Origin: Gammaproteobacteria bacterium
GTDB lineage: Bacteria > Pseudomonadota > Gammaproteobacteria > Eutrophobiales > Eutrophobiaceae
NCBI GenBank assembly: GCA_030835405.1
Contig: JAURPG010000097.1
Span: forward strand, 8,479 to 72,478
Reading direction: 5' to 3'
DNA length: 64,000 nt
The first letter of the stretch is position 1. Each line of letters begins with the position of its first letter. A program made the translations under genes and the position numbers. Positions 19,605 to 27,600 of the stretch are shown piece after piece. The notes under the pieces are model-generated. The model saw only the letters and a list, made by a program, of their open reading frames with translations, searched no databases and had not been told where the DNA came from.

Positions 19605-21347
19605 GTGTTTAAAAGAGGATATGGACAAGTGAAAAAATTACTGACACTGGCAGGATTGCTATTGTTATCGATTCAGGTGAATGCCATTGTCATGGTTGTT
19701 GAAACGCCATTGGGTGACTTTCAAATTGATTTACTTGAAGATGAAGCCCCTAACACTGTTAATAATTTTATCAGCTATATCAATGATGGCAGTTTTGAAA
19801 ATTCTTTTGTCCATCGAAGCTCAACCGGGTTTGTTATTCAGGCGGGGTCATATACCTTGGTTGACGAGACTCTGGAAGAGATAGAGAAAAAGGACCCTGT
19901 TGTGAATGAGTTCGGTCGTTCCAATATCAGGGGCACGGTTTCAATGGCCAAGGTAGGTGGTGATCCCAATAGTGCCACCAGTTCCTGGTTTATCAATATG
20001 GCAGATAATTCAGAAAATCTGGATAATCAGAATGGTGGTTTTACGGTATTCGGTGTCGTCCTCGGTGATGGGATGGACATTGTCGATGAAATCCATGCCT
20101 TATCTCTATTTGATGCCTCAGAGACTTCAGGAGCCGATTTTACTGAGCTCCCCTTGATAGATTATTCAGGGACCGGTGTGATCACCGCAGAGCACCTGGT
20201 CTTTACCCAGATAAGTCTTCCCGATGATTTGAATGAAATTACCGATCTTGCCATTACCAAATCGGTAAATATCACTGCACCTGCCCCGAATAATTCCGTC
20301 GAGTTTACTGTGACGGTATCAAATGATGGGACTGATGACGCAAATAGTATTGAGATTACTGATCCATTACCGGAAGGTATGGAGGTTCCCACGGGTATGG
20401 CGCCATTCACCAGTCTTGGTAGCTATGATACTGATACCGGTGTCTGGTCTATTGACACCTTATCGGCAGGTTCAAATGCCACCTTAAACCTGCCGGCGAT
20501 TCCCCAGCAATTTGCCGACCCAGAATGTTTCGTAAACACAGCAGCGCTTTCTGACTTTGCCGGAGTGGATACAAATTTCGATAATAATAGTGCGAACTCT
20601 ACAGTATATGTAGGTGGTATCTCTACATGTTCAAACCTGAGACTTAGTGTTTCCACAGATACATTCTTTGAGGCACGATGTTCAACAAGCTTCTCAGATG
20701 CTTTTGATTTTTTTGTGGAGGTAACAAATGATGGTCCGGATACGGCAGAAAACGTGGTGGTTACCATATCGGGTAGCCTGGATAGTACAGCCCAGGACGA
20801 TATTGTCATTGATTTTGGGGAAATATTAGCCGATGCATCTAAGAGCCAGTTAAGAAGTTGGACGCTGGCGTGTAACAGGCCAGATAGTGTCGCAACTTAT
20901 TCAGTTGTTACGACAAGTGATAGTAATGTATCAACAGGTAGTGTTCTCTCTGTTACGGGTGAAGATGATGTGCCGGACAATCCACCGACAGATGATACAA
21001 GTGATAACCCTACACCTGATAACAATAACAATGGTGGCGGTGGTGGGTTATGTTTTATTGCCACGGCAGCATATGGTTCTTATATGCACCCTCATGTGAA
21101 AGAATTAAGAGACTTTCGTGACGATGTATTACTGCATACAGAAATAGGCAGGCGTTTTGTTGCCTTGTATTACCAGTATTCGCCACCTGTTGCAGATATA
21201 ATCGCTGATAATGTAGTGCTGAAAAGTATTACCCGGATATTGTTGACACCTGTGGTCTATGCTGTCATTTACCCGCTTGCTGCGTCATTTATTATACTGT
21301 TGTTAATGGGCGCACTGGTATTTAGGCATACACGCAAAGCCAGGTAA
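19605..21347 (+). CDS. secreted mosaic protein: cyclophilin-type peptidyl-prolyl isomerase domain + two DUF11 repeat domains + acidic Pro/Asn linker + poly-Gly + conserved C-terminal 'CFIATAAYGS' module ending in a hydrophobic helix and basic tail
   Basis: GTG start with a GGGAGA ribosome-binding site and a signal peptide '...LLLLSIQVNA'. Residues ~30-170 align block by block with PpiB ('APNTVNNFISY', 'VHRSSTGFVIQAG', 'NIRGTVSMAK', 'SATSSWFINMADN', 'VFGVVLGDGMDIVDEI'). DUF11-like repeats follow ('TVTVSNDGTDDANSIEITDPLPEGMEV', 'FVEVTNDGPDTAENVVVT'). The C-terminus reads 'NNNNGGGGGLCFIATAAYGSYMHPHVKELRDFRD...TPVVYAVIYPLAASFIILLLMGALVFRHTRKAR'. Confidence 0.8.
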   Translation: MFKRGYGQVKKLLTLAGLLLLSIQVNAIVMVVETPLGDFQIDLLEDEAPNTVNNFISYINDGSFENSFVHRSSTGFVIQAGSYTLVDETLEEIEKKDPVVNEFGRSNIRGTVSMAKVGGDPNSATSSWFINMADNSENLDNQNGGFTVFGVVLGDGMDIVDEIHALSLFDASETSGADFTELPLIDYSGTGVITAEHLVFTQISLPDDLNEITDLAITKSVNITAPAPNNSVEFTVTVSNDGTDDANSIEITDPLPEGMEVPTGMAPFTSLGSYDTDTGVWSIDTLSAGSNATLNLPAIPQQFADPECFVNTAALSDFAGVDTNFDNNSANSTVYVGGISTCSNLRLSVSTDTFFEARCSTSFSDAFDFFVEVTNDGPDTAENVVVTISGSLDSTAQDDIVIDFGEILADASKSQLRSWTLACNRPDSVATYSVVTTSDSNVSTGSVLSVTGEDDVPDNPPTDDTSDNPTPDNNNNGGGGGLCFIATAAYGSYMHPHVKELRDFRDDVLLHTEIGRRFVALYYQYSPPVADIIADNVVLKSITRILLTPVVYAVIYPLAASFIILLLMGALVFRHTRKAR

Positions 21348-21481
21348 ATGTCTTATTTGATCCTGATTGCAAAATAACCACTGGTAGAGCCACCTTCAAC
21401 ACTGCTGCATTGATAGACCTTTCCGTGACGGCTGGTGGGGATCATGATGTCAGTCCTGGGTTTGCAGACAGCATCCGTCTA

Positions 21482-21571
21482 TACCAGTTCCCTGTAGGAT
21501 TTGTCCAGCACTTCAATGGCATCACCCATGGTCAGGACAATCGCAACGTCATCGTTGTTTATAATCAGCAT
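21482..21571 (-). pseudogene. 30-aa N-terminal remnant of an ornithine cyclodeaminase/mu-crystallin family gene
   Basis: The minus-strand ATG at 21571 lies 14 nt downstream of the symporter stop. It encodes 'MLIINNDDVAIVLTMGDAIEVLDKSYRELV*', which matches the N-terminal consensus of ornithine cyclodeaminase (OCD)/mu-crystallin enzymes (compare the archaeal alanine dehydrogenase 'METLILTQEEVESLISMDEAMNAVEEAFRLY'). It then terminates, and I found no convincing continuation in other frames. Confidence 0.45.
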
Positions 21572-21585
21572 AATTTAGTTAAATG

Positions 21586-23184
21586 TTACAGTACCGAGAA
21601 GTCAGCAAATATACCATAAATTATAAGCACAGTAATTAAGAGTATGACACATGCCCGCTTCACCATCGGCCAGGGAGTCATATCCACGGCACTCTCAGCA
21701 GAGTCATTTTGGCTGTCTACCATGGGTATTAACTTACTGAATCCAAGTAATATCATGACCAGCAACAAAAATACCAGGCCAAGGAAATGGAATTCATGAA
21801 TGGCATTGACCAGTCCGGTAAACGGCTTGACGAAATACCCCAATCCAATGATGGTGATACCTGTCAGTAGTGCTATCTTTGCGGCTATAGGTGGGACCTT
21901 CTTAAACAACATGCCACAAATTACAATGGAAAATATAGGAATAAAGTAAAGGCCGTTCATCTTCTGCAGGTAGGCGAAAATACTTTCATGGCGCATCAGT
22001 AATGGTGCGGTAGACATGGAAAAGATCGCCAGTACCCAGCCGAAAATTTTGCCGCTTTTGACCACCTGTTCGTTACTTGCCTCTTTATTAATGATCTTTT
22101 TATACAATCCAAGACTGAAAAGGGTACAAGTGCTGTTCAGTGCTGAGTTATAACTGGACAAAATAGCCCCCATCATGACCGCAGCAAAAAAACCCGCAAG
22201 CCCGGCTGGCAAGACACGGTTTACCAGCATGCCATAGGCTTGATCGGCATTTTCATTGCCAAGATCTGGAAACATGGAATAGGCGACAATGCCGGGTAAC
22301 ACCAGGAAAATGGGGCCGAGTAATTTCAACAGGCCTGTAGCGACGACTCCTTTTTGCCCTTCTGCTAATGATTTCGCGCCAAATGTCCTTTGTATTATCT
22401 GCTGGTTAGATGTCCAGTAGAAAAAATGTAATAACAACACACCACTGAACAAGGTGCTGAAGGGGACTGAACTGTCCCGGCTGCCAATGGAATTCAATCG
22501 TTCAGGGCTGGTATTTACGAGGACCTCAATGCCATTTGATAAACTGCCATTTCCCAATGTTGACAGGCTAAACCAGGCAATCATTAATCCACCCACTAAA
22601 AGCCCGATACCATTGATGGTATCAGACACCGCTACTGTCCTTAAACCTCCAAATAGCGCATAGAGTGAACCGATAATACCAACGGTCCAGACTACTAGCC
22701 ACAGAAGGATTGCCCTGGATTCGATCCCAATGATGCCTGGAAGATCCAGTATCCCCATGAGACCAGTTGCGCCAGTGTAGAGGATAATAGGTAACAAAAT
22801 AAATGCATAAGCAGATAAAAAAATGATATTAGTGATGACCTGGGTTTGATGATCGTACCGGATTTCCAGATATTCCGGGACAGTTGTGACACCATATTTA
22901 AGAAATCTTGGCAGAAAAAACAACGCCATGACCACCAAGGCAATAACGGCGATCACTTCCCAGGCCATTACCGACATCCCATCGATAAATGCTGCCCCAT
23001 TAAGACCGACCATTTGTTCCGTTGATAGATTAGTCAATAATAGCGAACCTGCGATGAGCGGCCATGAGAGAGTCCTGCCCGCAAGGAAGTAACCCGTGAT
23101 GGTTTTATGGTCATCTTTACGTGTAAAAAATAGGGTAAGGGCTGCAACCAGTGTAGTAAAAAAAATAAAAGAAATGATTGTCAT
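21586..23184 (-). CDS. sodium:solute symporter family (SSF/SLC5) transporter, PutP/PanF-like
   Basis: 532 aa with 13-14 predicted TM helices and typical SSF blocks ('GLLKLLGPIFLVLPGIVAYSMF'). Confidence 0.85.
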   Translation of the reverse strand: MTIISFIFFTTLVAALTLFFTRKDDHKTITGYFLAGRTLSWPLIAGSLLLTNLSTEQMVGLNGAAFIDGMSVMAWEVIAVIALVVMALFFLPRFLKYGVTTVPEYLEIRYDHQTQVITNIIFLSAYAFILLPIILYTGATGLMGILDLPGIIGIESRAILLWLVVWTVGIIGSLYALFGGLRTVAVSDTINGIGLLVGGLMIAWFSLSTLGNGSLSNGIEVLVNTSPERLNSIGSRDSSVPFSTLFSGVLLLHFFYWTSNQQIIQRTFGAKSLAEGQKGVVATGLLKLLGPIFLVLPGIVAYSMFPDLGNENADQAYGMLVNRVLPAGLAGFFAAVMMGAILSSYNSALNSTCTLFSLGLYKKIINKEASNEQVVKSGKIFGWVLAIFSMSTAPLLMRHESIFAYLQKMNGLYFIPIFSIVICGMLFKKVPPIAAKIALLTGITIIGLGYFVKPFTGLVNAIHEFHFLGLVFLLLVMILLGFSKLIPMVDSQNDSAESAVDMTPWPMVKRACVILLITVLIIYGIFADFSVL

Positions 23185-23296
23185 ACTTCTTCCCCAAGAC
23201 AGGTCTGAATACCAGGAAAAGGTTTCAGTAATTCATGTAATTAGTATTATTATTGAGTTTATCTTACATTATCATATTAATAATTAGTATCTGGAA

Positions 23297-23746
23297 ATGG
23301 TTATGCGTAAAACAATCAGTGTATTGATTTTCTTGCTTATATTGTCTATGCCGGGATATGCAGATCCAGTAGATGATGCCCTGGCAGTATTGAATAAATG
23401 GTCATTGGCATTTGCTGCGGCCGACGTGGATGGCATAGTAAAATTATATTCACCTGATGCCCTGTTTCTTGGTACTGGTAGTCCGTCAGTTGTTACCCAG
23501 ACTGAGGGTATCCAAGAATATTTCGAGAGGGCTTTGTTAAATGATCGTCCCAGGACGGCGAGGCTAAAAAGTTATTCTGCCTTGGCGTTATCTGATTCAG
23601 TGGTGGTATTTTCAGGCCTGGACACCATTACCGGCACCCGTAACGGCAAACAGATGATATCTAATGGACGGGTTACGATTGTGGTGGCAAAGCGAGAAGG
23701 AGAATGGAAGATCGTCCAGTTTCACCGCTCCAGGTTACCGGGATAG
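23297..23746 (+). CDS. exported NTF2-fold protein (SgcJ/EcaC / DUF4440-like)
   Basis: 149 aa with a signal peptide. 'AVLNKWSLAFAAADVDGIVKLYSPDALFLGT...' matches the SnoaL/DUF4440 pattern. Confidence 0.6.
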   Translation: MVMRKTISVLIFLLILSMPGYADPVDDALAVLNKWSLAFAAADVDGIVKLYSPDALFLGTGSPSVVTQTEGIQEYFERALLNDRPRTARLKSYSALALSDSVVVFSGLDTITGTRNGKQMISNGRVTIVVAKREGEWKIVQFHRSRLPG

Positions 23747-24418
23747 CTCTTCAAGGTGATGTGAGAAATCGGTTAACGTACTGATTGTTATCGTAGGCGT
23801 AGCGTCCCAGGGGTCAAAGACCATTTTATCTGATCGTTTTACCCACGCGGTTTTCATCCCCACGTTCAGGCCTCCAAGAACATCAAAGGGGTTGCTGGAT
23901 ATTAGCCAGGTATTGTTGGCATCTGCACCAGTTTGTTTCAGAAAGTATCGATAAACCTCGGGGTTTGGCTTGAATGTTTTTACATCATCCACACTGATAA
24001 TTGCTTTAAAAAAATTGCGTATACCTGCCGCTCTTAATACCTGGTCAACAGATTCTGGATCACCATTCGAAAATGCAAAACAATGATGCCCTTGCGATTG
24101 CAAGCGAGACAATGCCTCTAGAGCATCTTGAAAGGCCGGAAGCGAATTATATTTTGATAGAAGGTCGTTTTTTTGCTGGGTGGTTAAATCCTGTCCAACG
24201 GATTGACATGTAAAGTCCAGTGCCTGGCGAGTACATTCAGAAAATTTTACATAGTCCTTCATTAAGCCTCGGCGAAAAGAATACTCCAGTTGCTTATTGC
24301 GCCAGTTATCGGAAAATTGCTGTGCTTTTTCTCCAACCATATCTGTTAATAGTTCCACTACACCACTTGTATCCACTAGCGTGCCATAAACATCAAATGC
24401 AAAGGTATTGACCGTCAT
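23735..24418 (-). CDS. haloacid dehalogenase type II (HAD superfamily hydrolase)
   Basis: 227 aa with HAD motif I 'AFDVYGTLVD' at the N-terminus and the later motifs 'SNG' and 'ISVDDVKTFKPNPEVY'. Confidence 0.8.
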   Translation of the reverse strand: MTVNTFAFDVYGTLVDTSGVVELLTDMVGEKAQQFSDNWRNKQLEYSFRRGLMKDYVKFSECTRQALDFTCQSVGQDLTTQQKNDLLSKYNSLPAFQDALEALSRLQSQGHHCFAFSNGDPESVDQVLRAAGIRNFFKAIISVDDVKTFKPNPEVYRYFLKQTGADANNTWLISSNPFDVLGGLNVGMKTAWVKRSDKMVFDPWDATPTITISTLTDFSHHLEELSR

Positions 24419-24520
24419 TTGTTTACATCTTCATTCTGGGAACTGAAATCGGTGATTTTACCAACGGAAAAATATTGTTTGCGTGGATTGATGATGGAAG
24501 GTCGGGAGATAAATAAATTA

Positions 24521-25009
24521 TTAGGATAAAGTATATTCTCGATCCTCAGTGATGAGCCATATATTGAACATATTTATTTCGGCAATATATCCTTCGATAT
24601 AATTATCAATATCAATAATTCTGATATAGTTTCCACGCCTGAAAGTTGGATGTAAAAGGATAATAAAAAAAGCTGTGACGTTACTAAGAATTGACCAGTT
24701 TGCAAATAATGCGACACCAGTTAACGTCAAAATTCCGGTCGAAAGTAATAACAGGTTCCTGAAATCAAAACCCCAGATTAGTAATAATATCGGGATCGCA
24801 AATAATAACAGGATGCCGTTAGCGTAATGGCTGGCAGTATTCAGTAATTCATCCTTGAATTTACTCGTTTCGATGGATTCCTTTATCTTGGGCCTGGTTG
24901 ATTTGCTTATGAGATAAATACATATAAGTACAAGTAATGTAAGAAACACGTTTAAGGAATAAGTATTGTAAAAGATAGCCAGGCTATCCAGTATTTCTCC
25001 AAAGCTCAC
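24521..25009 (-). pseudogene. C-terminally truncated MscS-like channel (mini-MscS remnant)
   Basis: 162 aa with TM helices, then 'LLLSTGILTLTGVALFANWSILSNVTAFFIILLHPTFRRGNYIRI', which matches the MscS TM3 pore-helix region. The ORF stops about 35 aa into the beta-domain. A downstream frame (around 24440-24500, minus strand) reads 'KQYFSVGKITDFSSQNED', which is weakly like the continuation 'IPNGKIIAGNIINFSREP'. Confidence 0.45.
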
Positions 25010-25078
25010 ACAAATACCTCAATAATAAAATATAAAATCATCCGAATAGATAGATTGAACCGTCTTTAAACAAGAAAG

Positions 25079-25771
25079 TCATTTCTGATCTGTTGCAAAA
25101 CAGTAAAATCTTCCTGCACCGCCTGTTGATCTGAAATCATCCAGAGAACAGCCCCGGGTTGCATGGGATGAATTCCAGGACGTATTCCAGCCACTTAGTC
25201 TGTCATGATGGCCAATCATGGCACTACCGTCGGAACCATCATAGGTCCAGTTATTACAGGTCAGATTATTACCTGCAGAAGTGGTGCCGGGAGGAAAGGC
25301 ACGGCCATGAGAATCAGAGCCTGTAATTATGTCGTGTTCATTGCCAGTGCCCTCGGGTCGTACACGTCCATTTACCAGTTCGCCTCTTTCCGTCAGTGCA
25401 GTCTCCCGGTAGATTAGATTACTGTCACGTTGTATATCACCATGTAGATCGACAAGGCTGGCAGCGATCATCACGCCTTCGGCGTTATACCAGGGGCCAT
25501 TGCCTATCCGGTCACGTGCATTAACAGCCGGTGTGGATTGTGTACCATGGGTGCTGAGATAGGCCCGCCAGGTATGTTGGCCTGCGCCTGCAGCCGAGGC
25601 GAGTTTCTGGCAAATGGCATCGGCACCTTCAAGCCCGCCTAAATTACCATTTTGCGTAGTACTGGTTACAAAAAATGTCATTTCATGCGCACGATTCGAT
25701 TGCCCTGCTACCATATTTGAAATCAGCAACATAATTATTGTCATCACGAATATAATTGGATTGTTTTTCAT
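25079..25771 (-). CDS. secreted DUF1554/endostatin-like (C-type-lectin-fold) protein
   Basis: 230 aa with a signal peptide. 'GGLEGADAICQKLASAAGAGQHTWRAYLST' parallels the endostatin '[28 protein letters not shown]'. Conserved Cys spacing near the C-terminus ('LTCNNWTY...RGCSLDD...RFYCFA') parallels the endostatin disulfides. Confidence 0.55.
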   Translation of the reverse strand: MKNNPIIFVMTIIMLLISNMVAGQSNRAHEMTFFVTSTTQNGNLGGLEGADAICQKLASAAGAGQHTWRAYLSTHGTQSTPAVNARDRIGNGPWYNAEGVMIAASLVDLHGDIQRDSNLIYRETALTERGELVNGRVRPEGTGNEHDIITGSDSHGRAFPPGTTSAGNNLTCNNWTYDGSDGSAMIGHHDRLSGWNTSWNSSHATRGCSLDDFRSTGGAGRFYCFATDQK

Positions 25772-25995
25772 TTACTCATCCCCCGTTCTTTAACTATATA
25801 TTTCAAATCTAACTAACAAATTAGTGTATAGAAATTTTCTATTTTAGTTTGCTGCTACAATCTGGAAATTACCATCAAATAAGGGATAATTCAGATCGAA
25901 AGGGCCATTCTTACCCCAAAGACTATATATGAAGTATCTTACACCCTTAGGATATAAGATATAAATCTATATCAACAAACTTAAATTAGATATCG

Positions 25996-26415
25996 ATGTT
26001 GATAATTAACCGACAAATATCCATTGACGAATCTGAACTGAAGATTACAGCTATCCGGGCTCAGGGACCCGGTGGGCAAAATATCAATAAGGTGGCATGT
26101 GCAGTACATCTCAGGTTTGATATTCCAGGTTCTTCATTGCCTGGGCCGATAAAGAATCGTTTACTGGCATACAAGGACTATCGAATATCTAAAGACGGTG
26201 CCATTGTCATCAAGGCGCAGAGATATCGAAATCGGGAACGAAATATTGATGATGCTCGTAATCGACTCAGGGACCTCATACGGTCTGCTATTGAAGTACC
26301 CAAAAAACGTATTGGCACCATGCCCAGTATCGCTGCAAGACAAAGGCGCCTGGATGACAAGACAAAAAGAAGCAAGATAAAACGTTACAGGACAAAAGTG
26401 GACCCTCATGAATAA
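25996..26415 (+). CDS. arfB: alternative ribosome-rescue factor ArfB (peptidyl-tRNA hydrolase, YaeJ)
   Basis: 139 aa with the GGQ motif 'RAQGPGGQNINKV' and a basic C-terminal tail. It is near-colinear with E. coli YaeJ ('ITAIRAQGAGGQHVNKT...LRFDI'). Confidence 0.9.
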   Translation: MLIINRQISIDESELKITAIRAQGPGGQNINKVACAVHLRFDIPGSSLPGPIKNRLLAYKDYRISKDGAIVIKAQRYRNRERNIDDARNRLRDLIRSAIEVPKKRIGTMPSIAARQRRLDDKTKRSKIKRYRTKVDPHE

Positions 26416-27004
26416 ACCTTATGCACAAGCCTGTGATCGAAACCGTGATCCTATTTTATCGGTTATAAAGTCACTATTGGCTGATGCCGGTTCAGTTCTT
26501 GAGGTGGGAAGCGGTACGGGACAACATGCCGTTTACTTTGCCGGACATCTACCTCACCTGCAATGGCAGTGTTCCGACCTGCTTGATAACCTGCCTGGAA
26601 TCAAAATCTGGATAGATGAATCTGACTATGCAAACCTGCCATTGCCAGTTGAATTGGATGTTTCATCTATCAATTGGGCGGCACTGGAATATGATGCAGT
26701 TTTTTCCGCTAATTCTGTCCATATTATGAGCTGGGAGCATGTGAAGGCCTTTATTTCCGGGGCAGGCCTTGCACTGAATCAAAATGGTTTATTGATACTC
26801 TACGGGCCATTTAATTACCAGGATAATTATACCAGCGATAGCAACAGGGTATTTGATGGCTGGTTGAAAGAGCGTGACCCGGTAAGTGGGATCAGAAACT
26901 TTGAAGACCTGGACAGGTTGGCGAACGAAGCCGGGTTTATATTACAGGGTGATATCGAAATGCCCTCCAACAATAGAATCTTATATTGGCAGAAAACTGT
27001 CTAA
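26408..27004 (+). CDS. DUF938 family protein (class I SAM-dependent methyltransferase-like)
   Basis: 198 aa. 'CDRNRDPIL...VLEVGSGTGQHAVYFAGHLPHLQWQCSDL' is the characteristic DUF938 N-terminus. It overlaps arfB by 8 nt. Confidence 0.7.
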   Translation: MNKPYAQACDRNRDPILSVIKSLLADAGSVLEVGSGTGQHAVYFAGHLPHLQWQCSDLLDNLPGIKIWIDESDYANLPLPVELDVSSINWAALEYDAVFSANSVHIMSWEHVKAFISGAGLALNQNGLLILYGPFNYQDNYTSDSNRVFDGWLKERDPVSGIRNFEDLDRLANEAGFILQGDIEMPSNNRILYWQKTV

Positions 27005-27600
27005 TGAAGATTGTAGAGAAAAATATCTGTTATCGTAATGCCGCAATTTCTGATTGCTCTCATATTGTCCGTCTCTATAGTATCGCATCAGATGGCATAG
27101 CGAATTACGTGTGGTCCACGATGGCAGCACCTGGACAGGACCTGGAAGAGGTTGGGGTACGCCGTTACCAGAGGGAGGATACGATTTACAGTTACTTAAA
27201 CTGTATCATGGCGGACGTCGATAATCAGGTGGCCGGGATGATGTTATCTTACCCCATGCAGGTTGATAAGGACGAAAATTATAGCGATTATGATCCTGTT
27301 TTACTTCCATACGCCAGACTGGAAGAGGACAACAGCTATTACATTTCGGGGATGGCTATATATCCTGAATTTCGGGGCAAGGGTATTGGTACACGCTTTA
27401 TGGCCCTGGCCGAGCAGCGCGCAACCGAGCAAGGCTATGACAAGCTTAGCCTGATAGTGGTTGAGGAGAATACTACCGCCCTGAACCTGTATAAAAAAAC
27501 AGGATATTATGAGGCTATGCGTCAGGCCATTGTGCCCCATCCATTAATACATTGCATTGGAGATGCTATGTTAATGGTAAAACAATTGTCTACTTCATGA
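27004..27600 (+). CDS. GNAT family N-acetyltransferase
   Basis: The acetyl-CoA binding motif 'FRGKGIGTRFMALAEQRA' is present. The likely start is the ATG at 27004, which overlaps the upstream stop (TAATG). Confidence 0.8.
   Translation: MKIVEKNICYRNAAISDCSHIVRLYSIASDGIANYVWSTMAAPGQDLEEVGVRRYQREDTIYSYLNCIMADVDNQVAGMMLSYPMQVDKDENYSDYDPVLLPYARLEEDNSYYISGMAIYPEFRGKGIGTRFMALAEQRATEQGYDKLSLIVVEENTTALNLYKKTGYYEAMRQAIVPHPLIHCIGDAMLMVKQLSTS

Noticed and set aside
20950-21347. Assignment of the surface-protein C-terminus to GlyGly-CTERM (rhombosortase) on the basis of the GGGGG run
   Set aside because: GlyGly-CTERM places the Gly-Gly immediately before the terminal TM helix and is only about 20 aa long. 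Here about 60 conserved-looking residues (CFIATAAYGS...LRDFRD...) separate the poly-Gly from the helix, so the classical model does not fit.
21410-21619. 69-aa plus-strand ORF between the surface-protein gene and the symporter
   Set aside because: It has no ribosome-binding site and no similarity to anything I recognise. The same DNA on the minus strand carries the far more convincing OCD N-terminal remnant.
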